From Pseudomonadota bacterium (GTDB lineage: Bacteria > Bdellovibrionota > FAC87 > UBA2466): a DNA stretch of 40,799 nucleotides. The stretch is taken from NCBI GenBank assembly GCA_043718025.1, contig JAYSWN010000038.1, positions 1 through 40,799 of the forward strand. The letters are read 5' to 3'. The notes below the pieces were generated by a model. It made no database searches. It was not told the origin of the DNA and saw only the letters and a program-made list of their open reading frames with translations. The translations under genes and the position numbers were made by a program. Below, one piece after another: positions 17,405-27,081 of the stretch. Each line of letters begins with the position of its first letter. Position 1 is the first letter of the stretch.

Positions 17405-19879
17405 TTAATCGAAGGAAACATAGGTGGTTCCCGGATCTTTCAGAAAGTCTTTCTTTACCATTCCGGCTGGACAATTTCCTGGGTCGCCTAACAGCTCAAA
17501 TTTGCCAGCATCATCGGCGCACCATTTTCTAACCCCATCGAAGTCCGGTTTTGGGAAAACCTTTCCTGATTCACCGCGAGCATGAATGTACGTAGAGTCA
17601 CCACTGGTTTGGTAGCGCACATCGATGCACTTATCGGGCTCTACGGGCGACCAGCCTTGCGAACCAATGAGATGCCGTCCGTCCGGAAAGGCGTAGGTTT
17701 CATCCCACGCCACGGCAACCGAAATTTTTTCGGAAGAATTATTGCACACCCGTTTACTCAGTAGAACTTGGTCATTGGTAAAATCGTAAACATTGGTTCC
17801 GCGCTTCACTTTAACCAGACTGAAATTCTTAAGCACATTTGAATTGGCGCCACATCCCATGGTGGTGATGTAGGGGTATTCGAAGGCATTTTGGGAATGA
17901 ACGCAAAAACTCCAGCCGCGCCCGAAGCTGGCCCCGTAGGTTGTGTCGGGATTGCCGTGAAGGTAAACGTCGCCTTCATATGGGCCGAGATCGTACTCAT
18001 AGCAGGCGTCTCGCGCGACCTTATACCAGCCCTTTGAGGTCCACGTATTTTTATAGAAAGTGATGGCGGTGTAAATATTATCGTGGTGAGTGCGATTGCA
18101 CATTTTTACAACAGAGTGCTGAAAAGCGGCGAAATCCACCGCGTAAAAAGTGTGGGTGGTAGTTTGATTTGCCGGAGCGTTGATTCGGGTGGTCTTCACC
18201 ATTTTATAATTGCCGGCCGCACAATTTCCAGCGGCGTCGGCGCCGTTAATATCGAAACGGTCGGTCTTATTCACGCACATCGCGGCATCACTGCCTTGCC
18301 AAGAGATCTCTCCTCCCCGGTACTCCGAATAGACATAAACGTTGCCGTTCTGGTAGTTGCCCATCGGAATTTTGCGACACCCTTTGGCGGGCAACTGATA
18401 CCAACCGACTGACTTCCAAAAATTGTTTTGCGCATCGTGCAGCATCAGGGCGCTATGGATGGGCTCGCTGCTTTGGTTGCAAAGCTCAACTACGGTCGGA
18501 TCTAAATTGGTTTGGCACCCCTTAATGTCGAGCCACTTGCGGTTGGAACCGAGATCAAAACCAGGGTGATCATAGATATCGCGCCGTTTTTTGAACGTAA
18601 AAACGTTGGTGACCTCTTGGAGCACGGCCTGCACCCCACCACAACCGGGAATGGTGATGTAACCATTATCGCAAATGGTGTTCACAAAGGTTTTAATAAA
18701 CTCGGTTTGAACGATGTCCCACTTAGCTTCCGCCCAAATCGAGGTCTTCATAGTGCGGAAGTCACCCATTCCCACCTCGAGGCAAGCCCCTTTGGCGGAC
18801 GATGAGCCATAACCCCGTGAAAGAATGTTTCCCCTTAAAAAATCGCTCTCCACCACGCCCTTAACGTAGGCGGGCAAAAGATTGTCGGGCACCGACGCAA
18901 ACCCACCAATCACCGCCTCGCCGGCCGCTTGAAGGCCGGCGTAGGGGTAAACGTAACCTAAATAGGTGATCTCATTTAGCCCGCCCGGCGCCGCTCCGGC
19001 CTCAATCGCCGGCGAGCCGGTACTGGCTTTTCCGTTGAGTCTGGCGCGAATTAAGATGGGAACTGGTCCAATAAAATACTGCCACTCTTGTTTAAAAATG
19101 CTCTGGTCGTAATGGGCCAATTCGTCGAACTTCTTTTTTGTCCCCAGCGGCGCTTCGCCATTGGTGAGCTCCGTTTTCTGACCAAGAAGATAAAAATTTC
19201 CGGAATATTTTAAAGTATCATCGCTCACCGTGGCGCTATTTTTGTAGTCTCTCGCCGTGGAGAGATTGGCACCGAGAAGCAAAGTGGTTTGACCCAGCAC
19301 CGTACCGCGGGCAAAGGCAGCGGAAAAGGTGTTGCCCTGGTTTGATCCTGTCGCATGGTAGCCCAGTGAAGCTCCCAGCCACCCATTTCCAATGGCCCAG
19401 TTGTCTTGATAGTCCTGATTTAGGGAGTAGGTTGCCGGCTCAGTTGCGGCAGTAACGCTTTCCGCGCGCGGGGTTAGAAACAGTGGGGTCTCACTGGTGC
19501 CTGCTTCGAGAGCGTAGCTGGCCACGGTATGAGAGTAATTAGTGCCGCGCGCCACTTCAAAAACTGACTCACCTTCAGAGTAGAACTGAGTGTCGCCAAT
19601 CGTGCTAAAAACACGCTGGCGGGAGATATTGTACTGTTCGTCCGCCCGTGGAGATTCCTGATAGACAATCGTGTTCCCGTCTCTGAAAAACTTAGGCGGA
19701 ACCGGGGTAAAGTCTCCGCCGGTCAGCCCTAATCCACCGCGGACTTGCATTTGTAGCTGTTTTAGCGATTCATTCGTCATCGCTCCGCCCAAGGGGTTGG
19801 CGGCCAAAACTAACGAAGTATGGTGAACAATAACGGCAACCAGAACACCCGCGTGGACTCGCAACATAAAACCAGCCAC
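17405..19879 (-). CDS. Large secreted protein with a beta-rich N-domain and three tandem DUF1036-like repeats
   Basis: Signal peptide. Three repeats with CN..I..A..S.GW..C..Y: VELCNQSS..WKSVGWYQL..C, KMCNRTH..WTSKGWYKV..C and RVCNNSS..GSQGWSPV..C. Its TAA abuts the GTG of the next gene. Confidence 0.8.
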   Translation of the reverse strand: MAGFMLRVHAGVLVAVIVHHTSLVLAANPLGGAMTNESLKQLQMQVRGGLGLTGGDFTPVPPKFFRDGNTIVYQESPRADEQYNISRQRVFSTIGDTQFYSEGESVFEVARGTNYSHTVASYALEAGTSETPLFLTPRAESVTAATEPATYSLNQDYQDNWAIGNGWLGASLGYHATGSNQGNTFSAAFARGTVLGQTTLLLGANLSTARDYKNSATVSDDTLKYSGNFYLLGQKTELTNGEAPLGTKKKFDELAHYDQSIFKQEWQYFIGPVPILIRARLNGKASTGSPAIEAGAAPGGLNEITYLGYVYPYAGLQAAGEAVIGGFASVPDNLLPAYVKGVVESDFLRGNILSRGYGSSSAKGACLEVGMGDFRTMKTSIWAEAKWDIVQTEFIKTFVNTICDNGYITIPGCGGVQAVLQEVTNVFTFKKRRDIYDHPGFDLGSNRKWLDIKGCQTNLDPTVVELCNQSSEPIHSALMLHDAQNNFWKSVGWYQLPAKGCRKIPMGNYQNGNVYVYSEYRGGEISWQGSDAAMCVNKTDRFDINGADAAGNCAAGNYKMVKTTRINAPANQTTTHTFYAVDFAAFQHSVVKMCNRTHHDNIYTAITFYKNTWTSKGWYKVARDACYEYDLGPYEGDVYLHGNPDTTYGASFGRGWSFCVHSQNAFEYPYITTMGCGANSNVLKNFSLVKVKRGTNVYDFTNDQVLLSKRVCNNSSEKISVAVAWDETYAFPDGRHLIGSQGWSPVEPDKCIDVRYQTSGDSTYIHARGESGKVFPKPDFDGVRKWCADDAGKFELLGDPGNCPAGMVKKDFLKDPGTTYVSFD

Positions 19880-19981
19880 TTTCCGTAAACGAAAAGAACC
19901 GGTTCTAGCACTACGAAAGCGCGCAATTCAATACGAAACCAAGGGAGGAAAGAATGGGATCAGTCGAGGTCGATGGCGCTT

Positions 19982-20197
19982 CTATCCATCAATATAACGT
20001 TGCAACCAAACACCTGCCCCACAGCACAAGGCAGCCAGAATCCAACAATTCAAACTGTGCGGGTCGAACGAAGGAATCGTGAACCCGACTCCCCACAGTA
20101 GCCGAGGCACGTTCCGCGCTTTAAACGCACCCCACATGAGCCAACTAGAAAGGAGCGAACTCATGATAAAGACGACAATCGAAAAGGTATCGGGCAC
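19982..20197 (-). CDS. Small membrane hypothetical protein
   Basis: 71 aa hydrophobic ORF (2-3 TM) filling the intergenic gap. Start uncertain. Confidence 0.45.
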   Translation of the reverse strand: MPDTFSIVVFIMSSLLSSWLMWGAFKARNVPRLLWGVGFTIPSFDPHSLNCWILAALCCGAGVWLQRYIDG

Positions 20198-20342
20198 CGA
20201 AAAAGGATACGCCTCCCGCAGTAAAATAGCGAGGCGCGGCGGCCTGCCTTTGCGGCGTGCGACCCCGTTGCTGCACTAGTAGAGATTGGCTTTGACGAAT
20301 ATGAGATTGTTGCCCAACACTGTCGCCAATGGGAGATAACAT

Positions 20343-20915
20343 ATGATGCTTCGTTTTCCTTTTCTACATACGCTTGGCCTTTTGGGATTAGTGTCCAATG
20401 CTTTTGCGGCCGAGTTGCCCCACTTTACGCGTTTGCAGTGCCAGTTGCGCTCTGAGTTGGTGGTGGCCACCAAAGATAACGTTACGCTGACCCTCCGTCA
20501 GCGTTCGGCGCCCGAAGAGATTTACAATCTCTTCGAAGTGCCAGAAATAAACCGCAAAGGCTACAAGCAGGTTGAAGTGTCGATCTCAATCCCAACCTCG
20601 CAATGCGAAATGCCCAGTGGCTTTTCAATCGATATGGAATGCGACTCCGGCAAGGCAATCAACGTAACGTTAAAGGCATCCACCAAGTCGAGTTCCTCTA
20701 CTGAGCGAGAGTTTGATTACGAGCACACCTTGAAAACACCGGTGAAAATACGCACGGCACTAAACGAGAAAAAAACCGGGCAGAAAGAGATGCGCAGTGT
20801 GTTGTTCGAAGTTAAATTTGGCGACACCGCCTGGACCACCGAGCGCGATATTTTTCGTATCGACCTGGGCAAATCAAATCTGTGTTACGTAAACAAATTT
20901 TTTGAAATTAACTGA
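20343..20915 (+). CDS. Secreted hypothetical protein
   Basis: RBS GGGAG, signal peptide ending AFA, four Cys. Confidence 0.7.
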   Translation: MMLRFPFLHTLGLLGLVSNAFAAELPHFTRLQCQLRSELVVATKDNVTLTLRQRSAPEEIYNLFEVPEINRKGYKQVEVSISIPTSQCEMPSGFSIDMECDSGKAINVTLKASTKSSSSTEREFDYEHTLKTPVKIRTALNEKKTGQKEMRSVLFEVKFGDTAWTTERDIFRIDLGKSNLCYVNKFFEIN

Positions 20916-20974
20916 CCGGCTTATTGCCGGAGATTCTCCCGGCCAGCGGGGCGAAGGGGCAAAGTGACGAATTT

Positions 20975-22900
20975 CTAATCGGCCTCTGGGGAGAGGATCC
21001 CCATCTTACCGCGCAGAACTTCGAGCTCAGACGAGAGTTTTTCCCACTCGGCCATGGCACGGGTCAGAGCGTTCTCAAGATTAATCATAGCGTGCGCTTG
21101 ATTTGAAACGGCGGCCTTGGCGGCGAGCGACTCTTTTTCGTTCGACATGCGCTCAATGTCCGCCTCAAGGGCCGACACCTTTTTTTCGTGCGACTTCATC
21201 AGATTCTTAACTTTTTTCCGCTCTTCGTAGCTGAGTTGCGGCACGTTCGGGCGAGGGGCTCCTGACGTCTCAGTCTTTTTTTCTGCCTTCTTTTCACCGC
21301 CCGGGGCCAAATGCCGAACGAACTGCGGGTATTTGTAAAAGAAGGAATCTAAATCACCGATATGATCGGTCATTTTATGGTCAGCGGTCAGGTAGATAAT
21401 TCGATTCGCCAGCCCCCCGATAAAATCACGATCATGGGAAACCAGCATGGTAGTGCCGTCGAATGACTTAATGGCCTCTTTCAACAGTTCTTTAGTCTCG
21501 TAATCCAAATGGTTGGTAGGTTCGTCGAGCAAACTAACGTTGATCGGCGTCACTACGATGCGCAACAGCGCCAAACGCGCTTTTTCGCCCCCGCTTAGAA
21601 CGCGGGCTTTTTTCTCAACCTCGTTGTTGCCACCAAAGCCAAAAGCCCCCAGCCAGCCGCGGAGCTGCTCGATGCTAATTCCTTTAGCCTTGGACGCCAC
21701 GTTTTCTAAAACGGTGTTTTCAAGCGACAGCTCTTCAAGCTGATGCTGGCCGAAGTAGCCCAGCTGGGTGCCCGAGCCAAAAGTACAAGAGCCACCTTCG
21801 GGCGCATAACGGCCGGCGGTCACGTTAAGCAGCGTAGTCTTGCCGGCGCCGTTGTCGCCCATAATGGCCACAATTTGACCGCGCTTCACGTCAAGGGTCA
21901 CATTTTTAAGAATCCAGTCGCTTTCAGGAGAGTAACGGAACTTCAAATCGGAAAACGAAATAGGAAATTTGGATCCGCCGCCGGTCGAACGGAAACGAAA
22001 ATGCAGATCGTAACCAAAGCCACGAATGGACTCCAAACGCTCTTTAAGATCATTCAGCTCTTGCTGCAAAGTCTCGGCCGCCTTGAGCTTACTCTGTGCC
22101 CGGGCGGCGGTTTGCGCCTTGGCGCGAAAACGGCGGGCGAAATCTAAGTTTTCTTCGATCTTTCTATCGATTCCTACCATCGCCTTTTCAACGTGAACGG
22201 CCTCTTCTTTGAGCGAGTCTCTAAAGGTCAGGTAATCTTGCTGGTGTTTGCGGTAAAAAAACCGGCCCCCGTGCAAAATGGCCAGCGAATCGGTAGTACG
22301 TTTCTGTAGCGCCACATCATGAGTGACCAGAACCAGACTGCCTTTGTACTCATCGCGCAAAAACTCTTCAAGCCATTGAATCGACGAAATGTCCAAATGG
22401 TTGGTAGGTTCGTCGAGCAGCAGCACTTCTGGTTTTTCAAGCAGCGCTAAGGCAATAAACACCCGAAGCAGCCAACCGCCCGAAAGCTCGCCCATGGGCT
22501 GAGCCTTTTGCTCGGTCGAAAAACCAAGCCCCTCGAGAATGCGGCCCACTTCCCACTCGATGGCGATCTCTTCTTCTTCTTCCAAGCGATGGTCGAGCCT
22601 TTTCATCAAGTACTGCATGGCCGAAATATTTTTTGCATCGCCCAAACCCGAGACGGCGTTCTCCAAAAGGGTCTGGTCCAAAAAACCGATGCGCAGGCGG
22701 CGTCCGCCCACGACATTGCAGCTGCCCTGACTGGGATCAGACTGGCCCGCCATGATCTTGAGCAGGGTAGATTTGCCCGAGCCGTTTCTTCCGGCCAAGC
22801 TCACCTTCATCCCCTCATAGAGGGTCCAATTGATATTTTCGAAGAGGAGTCGGCTGGGCAGCCTCACTCCGACATTTTCAAGCACTAACTGCGCGTTCAT
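20975..22900 (-). CDS. ABC-F family ATP-binding protein
   Basis: Two ABC domains (GRNGSGKS/LSGGW/LLLDEPTNHLD and GDNGAGKT/LSGGE/LLDEPTNHLD), an interdomain linker, a C-terminal coiled coil and no TM segments. Confidence 0.95.
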   Translation of the reverse strand: MNAQLVLENVGVRLPSRLLFENINWTLYEGMKVSLAGRNGSGKSTLLKIMAGQSDPSQGSCNVVGGRRLRIGFLDQTLLENAVSGLGDAKNISAMQYLMKRLDHRLEEEEEIAIEWEVGRILEGLGFSTEQKAQPMGELSGGWLLRVFIALALLEKPEVLLLDEPTNHLDISSIQWLEEFLRDEYKGSLVLVTHDVALQKRTTDSLAILHGGRFFYRKHQQDYLTFRDSLKEEAVHVEKAMVGIDRKIEENLDFARRFRAKAQTAARAQSKLKAAETLQQELNDLKERLESIRGFGYDLHFRFRSTGGGSKFPISFSDLKFRYSPESDWILKNVTLDVKRGQIVAIMGDNGAGKTTLLNVTAGRYAPEGGSCTFGSGTQLGYFGQHQLEELSLENTVLENVASKAKGISIEQLRGWLGAFGFGGNNEVEKKARVLSGGEKARLALLRIVVTPINVSLLDEPTNHLDYETKELLKEAIKSFDGTTMLVSHDRDFIGGLANRIIYLTADHKMTDHIGDLDSFFYKYPQFVRHLAPGGEKKAEKKTETSGAPRPNVPQLSYEERKKVKNLMKSHEKKVSALEADIERMSNEKESLAAKAAVSNQAHAMINLENALTRAMAEWEKLSSELEVLRGKMGILSPEAD

Positions 22901-22927
22901 GATTAAATAACAGAAATTTCAGTAATT

Positions 22928-23917
22928 TTGATGTTCTCGGATAGCACATTGCGACGAATTTCGGTAGCCATCGTTTTGCCATTGCTCCTGCCCCTGTTGG
23001 GCGCGCTCTGGGTGACCTCACTCATGGTCGACAGCGCGCGCTCGGAATGGAGAAGTCCCGGGCCTGAGCTACAAAGCAAACTGGAACAAGGGCTAATCTT
23101 TGCGTTTTCCCCCTTAATCTCGTGGGTAAACGGCATGGAAAAAACCGGCCCCCCCACTGAACGGCAGTGGACTAGACAAGCGCACGAGGTGCTTACCCAG
23201 TCCCCTGAACTTTTAGATCTTGCCTGGCTCATCTCAGAACGCGGTACGACTAAGGTCTTTCGGCACGAATCGCGCACCGAAAGCGGAGCGCTGCCCCTCG
23301 AAAAGATAGATGGCGAAATATTCTCGTTCGTAAAGAAGGGGGCCCGCCCCTATGGCTTTGTTTACCGCGAAGGACCTAATTCTTTTTTCGAGTTCCAGAT
23401 TCCACTTCAGTCGGGAGCCCTTTTTCACGGAATCATTCTCGCCCGCTACTCCCTGCCCCGGTTTCTGGCCAATCTAATCGTTGGGTTGCCACCGGACGTG
23501 ACGCTGGTGATCTGGAAAGGCGATGAAGCGTTGGTACGAACCGGAGCCACCGACGCCGGTATCGAAAGTTTTTTTGTGCCGGTCGACATTTGGGGCAAAA
23601 AACTTACTTTTGAAGTGCAACACGCCGAAGCCGCTGTAAAACATCCGTTGATGCCCTTGCGCTGGATTGGATTTCTGATCTTAATGCTGGTAACCGCGGT
23701 CTGTTTTCTCTTTAGAGATTTAGCCTCAACGCCGGCATTAGACCGGGTATCTGCCGATTGGTTTGCTTCGGTAGCGCCCCAGTCCGGGCGAGAGGCGGCA
23801 AGTTTGGCCGTTGAGGTGAACCTCGACGGGCCGCTTCCGGTCTGGGCCATCGCGCAAAAAGAGCGGATTGAGGAGGAGCTCAAAAAAGAGCCTCCCGTTT
23901 CTACTGAGAAGCCCTAA
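22928..23917 (+). CDS. Two-TM protein with a periplasmic sensor-like (Cache/CHASE-like) domain and no output domain
   Basis: TM1 (VAIVLPLLLPLLGALWV), periplasmic region with FEFQIPL..GIILARYSL, TM2 (WIGFLILMLVTAVCFLF), then a short ~65 aa tail. Confidence 0.6.
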   Translation: MMFSDSTLRRISVAIVLPLLLPLLGALWVTSLMVDSARSEWRSPGPELQSKLEQGLIFAFSPLISWVNGMEKTGPPTERQWTRQAHEVLTQSPELLDLAWLISERGTTKVFRHESRTESGALPLEKIDGEIFSFVKKGARPYGFVYREGPNSFFEFQIPLQSGALFHGIILARYSLPRFLANLIVGLPPDVTLVIWKGDEALVRTGATDAGIESFFVPVDIWGKKLTFEVQHAEAAVKHPLMPLRWIGFLILMLVTAVCFLFRDLASTPALDRVSADWFASVAPQSGREAASLAVEVNLDGPLPVWAIAQKERIEEELKKEPPVSTEKP

Positions 23918-24500
23918 AGCTCTTTAGCAGTTGCTTAGTCGGTCCCGCCGGCGCTCGTACGGTGTGAATGACGGCTGCGGGGGTAGTCTCCTCGGGCCCT
24001 TCAACCACATGTCCAGCATCTTCAGTGGAAGCAAGCGATCGGACACCAGTCGGGGGTAAAATCTGTTCTTTGGTTTCCGACGGCAACGTCGTCCATTTAC
24101 GTGGCAGTGGCTTTTGGCTGGACGGCGAAATAACCTCTCGCGCCATCTGCGAGGTGACGTTGGGCAGATCTTTGGCCTCTACCTTTTTCTTAAAGACCTG
24201 ACTCACCTTCATAAAGGGAATTAAAAATTCGATTGGGTAGTCTTCGGGTTTCAAATTCTTGAGGTTGAAGTCGCCAGTCTTTTTGGGGCGGGTCACGTTA
24301 CCGATAAAACCGCCAGAAGGTTCGATCTCGGGTCCATACTCTCCTTCGGCCGGCTCTGGCGGAGCCACCAGCTCTTCGCGCAGCATCGCGCCTTCGTGAG
24401 CTTCAGTCCCATGGGCGGGAGTCACCCCAACGACGACGCAGAACAAGACCGCGGCGAGCGGCCAAAAGTTAGACAGACGTTGAGCGCGAAAATCCCCCAT
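23901..24500 (-). CDS. Exported hypothetical protein
   Basis: 199 aa, signal-like N-terminus, Pro/Glu-rich, with RSLAS and RAPAG motifs. Confidence 0.6.
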   Translation of the reverse strand: MGDFRAQRLSNFWPLAAVLFCVVVGVTPAHGTEAHEGAMLREELVAPPEPAEGEYGPEIEPSGGFIGNVTRPKKTGDFNLKNLKPEDYPIEFLIPFMKVSQVFKKKVEAKDLPNVTSQMAREVISPSSQKPLPRKWTTLPSETKEQILPPTGVRSLASTEDAGHVVEGPEETTPAAVIHTVRAPAGPTKQLLKSFRASQ

Positions 24501-24512
24501 AACTACTAACAG

Positions 24513-24529
24513 TGCATAGGCGATACCAA
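24513..24529 (-). promoter_or_regulatory. Putative sigma54 (-24/-12) promoter
   Basis: Minus strand TTGGTATCGCCTATGCA = GG-N10-GC, just upstream of the 24500 start. Confidence 0.5.
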
Positions 24530-24622
24530 GTATTTTTGGGCGTAAGAAGTAAAAGGGATACGAATGTGGTGACTAACGATTCGGCACTGAGGGAAGGCGA
24601 CTTTGAAAGAAATTGGGGAGGG

Positions 24623-25522
24623 CTATTTGGCCTGTTGAAGCAGTTGAAAAATTTGCGAGACGTCGGTACTGCCCGATTTATTACCCAATGCGTAAGCTAG
24701 AAGTACCATCATCGCATCATCTTCTTCTTTTTGTTTTGCGGCGATTGCGGCCGCTTTTTCGGCCTCAAACCTTTGCCGCGCTACAGCCTGTTCGTTGCGT
24801 TGCTGGGCCTGAGCAATTTGCAGGGCCAGTTGCTGTTGCTGCGCCGACGGATCGTACTGCGTGGTTTGAGACCTAACCGGTTGACCAGAGGCAACCGCGC
24901 GTAAAGTTTCTATCCCCGACAATCCGGACATACTCAAAACGTAAGCGCAAGTGTCGGCGACGGTAAGATTTTGTCCGTTGGCCATGATGCGCGCCACGAC
25001 GGAAGGTACTATCCCCAACGCGTTGGCTTTGGCCACCGCATTTCGTTGGCCAAATTCCATCACGCAATCCGTAGCCACGCCGGTCAATCCATCCTTGTCG
25101 GCGAAATTAAGCACGCGGTTTAACTTCGCTCGCTGATCACTCGAACCTGCCCCACCTGAATTGGAATAAGTCGAATTAACGTTGCCATTGTACTGACTGC
25201 CTCCGCTAGAGGCGGCGGTGGTTGACCCGCCATTCACCGTCGCCGTATCGGTAAACGTGGCGTTGGTATTGGTGAAGGACCCGGCGGAGTTGCCGGTAGT
25301 TTGCGCTAAATATTGCTCTACTTCAGCTATGCTTGCGCCATTTGCGGTGGCCGCCTGTTGTAATGCATTTTTGGCATTGGATTGCCAGCCGGATTGACTT
25401 TGCCTGCCTAAATTCTCAGCGTCGGATTTCGCCTTGTTAATTTGGGCGGCGTAATCGATCGCCTGGGAATGGCGAGAAGCGAATAGCCCCAAGACGATGA
25501 TGAATACTAAGCTGCGGTACAT
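24623..25522 (-). CDS. Secreted low-complexity (Ala/Gln/Ser/Asn-rich) hypothetical protein
   Basis: ATG at 25522 with RBS GGGGG, signal peptide MYRSLVFIIVLGLFASRHSQA, S/T/G/N-rich linker and a Gln/Ala coiled coil. Confidence 0.75.
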   Translation of the reverse strand: MYRSLVFIIVLGLFASRHSQAIDYAAQINKAKSDAENLGRQSQSGWQSNAKNALQQAATANGASIAEVEQYLAQTTGNSAGSFTNTNATFTDTATVNGGSTTAASSGGSQYNGNVNSTYSNSGGAGSSDQRAKLNRVLNFADKDGLTGVATDCVMEFGQRNAVAKANALGIVPSVVARIMANGQNLTVADTCAYVLSMSGLSGIETLRAVASGQPVRSQTTQYDPSAQQQQLALQIAQAQQRNEQAVARQRFEAEKAAAIAAKQKEEDDAMMVLLAYALGNKSGSTDVSQIFQLLQQAK

Positions 25523-25545
25523 GGTTGCCCCCGAGGGATCTACCT

Positions 25546-25562
25546 CGCAAGCTGCGTACCAA
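25546..25562 (-). promoter_or_regulatory. Putative sigma54 (-24/-12) promoter
   Basis: Minus strand TTGGTACGCAGCTTGCG closely matches TGGCACG-N4-TTGC, about 24 nt upstream of the ATG at 25522. Confidence 0.7.
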
Positions 25563-25767
25563 GCTTTTAGGTTCAATGGTGTCGACGGCGCTGTGAAAAA
25601 GTTAGAAGGCCGCCCCTGTCCAAACCACAGAGAACCGTCAAGTTATTGATATTATACGGTTAAATTAACATGCCTAAGATTCAGGCTTTTTGGGTCCATT
25701 AGGCTAAGGATGGCCAGGGGCGCTTCAACGAGCCCCATTCTACTAATCATCACAAAGAATCAGCCGT

Positions 25768-27075
25768 TTAGGCCCGGCGGGGTAGCTGGGCCAACGAAAC
25801 GCCAACCTCTTCGGTTAACCAATTTAGATGCGGCCGAACGGTTCCGGCCCACGGGCCCAGGTAATGTTTACGAACATCGCTGGTGTCATGCACAAAGAAG
25901 GTGATTACGTCTTCCAGATTTAACTCCACTTTGAAAAACGGCTGCAGAAAAACTAAGCTCACGCTATACAGGCCGTCGTTTAAAAATAGAGCCGGTAATT
26001 CACAGATCGTTCGGTAGTTTCCTCGCGCCAAGGGGCAGCTCGCTAGAGCATCTAGCTTAACCGTAAGCGACTCATGATTGGTGGTGGTGAGCACGGTGCT
26101 ACCATTGATGTCTTTCAGGCGAATTCCGCAGAGCAGTGGAGTGGCCTCTTGAGTGACTTCATACTCGACTTCGATTTCGATGGGCGCCACAAGATTTAAT
26201 TCGGCACGACCCATTCCCTGCTGCCCTTGTTGTCGTACGCGAATTGCTTTTACTCTAAAGGCGGAGGTGCCGGGTTCGGTCCCACGTTCAGTAAAGTTCA
26301 CTTCGGCGGCGGCGCTAATGCTGCTGTGTAAATACTCTTGCACCACTTGATGCACGGGCCCCACTTTGGCCACTTGCCCCTTTTCAAGTAACACCGCACG
26401 CTGACAGACGTTGGTGATGCTCGACATGTTGTGCGAAACAAAAACAATGGTGCGCCCTTCCCGTCTGATCTCTTGCATGCGGTTCAAGCACTTGCGTTGA
26501 AATTCATAATCGCCAACGGCCAGCACCTCATCGAGAAGCAATATATCGGTGCGCAAGTGTGCGGCCACCGCAAAAGCGAGCCGCACGTACATTCCGCTAG
26601 AATAGAATTTTACCGGCGTATCGATAAATCGGCCGATTCCTGAAAACTCAACAATCTGATCGAAACACTGAGAGATTTCGCGCATGCGCATGCCGAGCAC
26701 CGCGCCGCTCATAAAAACATTTTCTCGGCCAGAAAGGTCAGGGTGAAAGCCCGTGCCCACCTCGAGCAGCGTGCCCATGCGCCCATCAATCTCGGCCCGC
26801 CCGCTAGTTGGTTCGGTGATGCGACTCAAAATTTTAAACAGTGTAGATTTTCCGGCGCCATTTCGCCCAACCACGCCTAGCACTTCGCCAGGGTGCACGT
26901 CGAACGACACGTCGCTTAGCGCCCAAAACAGCTCCGCCGAGGCAGACTCCGGTTTTGGCTTTCCAAAACTTTTGAGCAGGTGCCCAATGGTTTCGCGAAG
27001 ATCGTTCAATGGGGCGCGAAAACCACCCAAGTAGTAAGATTTTGAAAGGTTGGAGACGCGTATGGCTGGTCTCAT
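25768..27075 (-). CDS. wzt: Polysaccharide ABC exporter ATP-binding subunit with Wzt C-terminal domain
   Basis: FWALSDVSF, GRNGAGKST, TPVKFYSSGMYVRLAFAVAAH, DEVLAVGD and an Ig-like C-terminal extension. Confidence 0.95.
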   Translation of the reverse strand: MRPAIRVSNLSKSYYLGGFRAPLNDLRETIGHLLKSFGKPKPESASAELFWALSDVSFDVHPGEVLGVVGRNGAGKSTLFKILSRITEPTSGRAEIDGRMGTLLEVGTGFHPDLSGRENVFMSGAVLGMRMREISQCFDQIVEFSGIGRFIDTPVKFYSSGMYVRLAFAVAAHLRTDILLLDEVLAVGDYEFQRKCLNRMQEIRREGRTIVFVSHNMSSITNVCQRAVLLEKGQVAKVGPVHQVVQEYLHSSISAAAEVNFTERGTEPGTSAFRVKAIRVRQQGQQGMGRAELNLVAPIEIEVEYEVTQEATPLLCGIRLKDINGSTVLTTTNHESLTVKLDALASCPLARGNYRTICELPALFLNDGLYSVSLVFLQPFFKVELNLEDVITFFVHDTSDVRKHYLGPWAGTVRPHLNWLTEEVGVSLAQLPRRA

Positions 27076-27081
27076 ATCAAG

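Noticed and set aside
20975..22900. ABC-F as an antibiotic resistance or self-resistance gene for the cluster
   Set aside because: It looks like a generic housekeeping ABC-F, is separated from the cluster, and subfamily cannot be assigned by eye.
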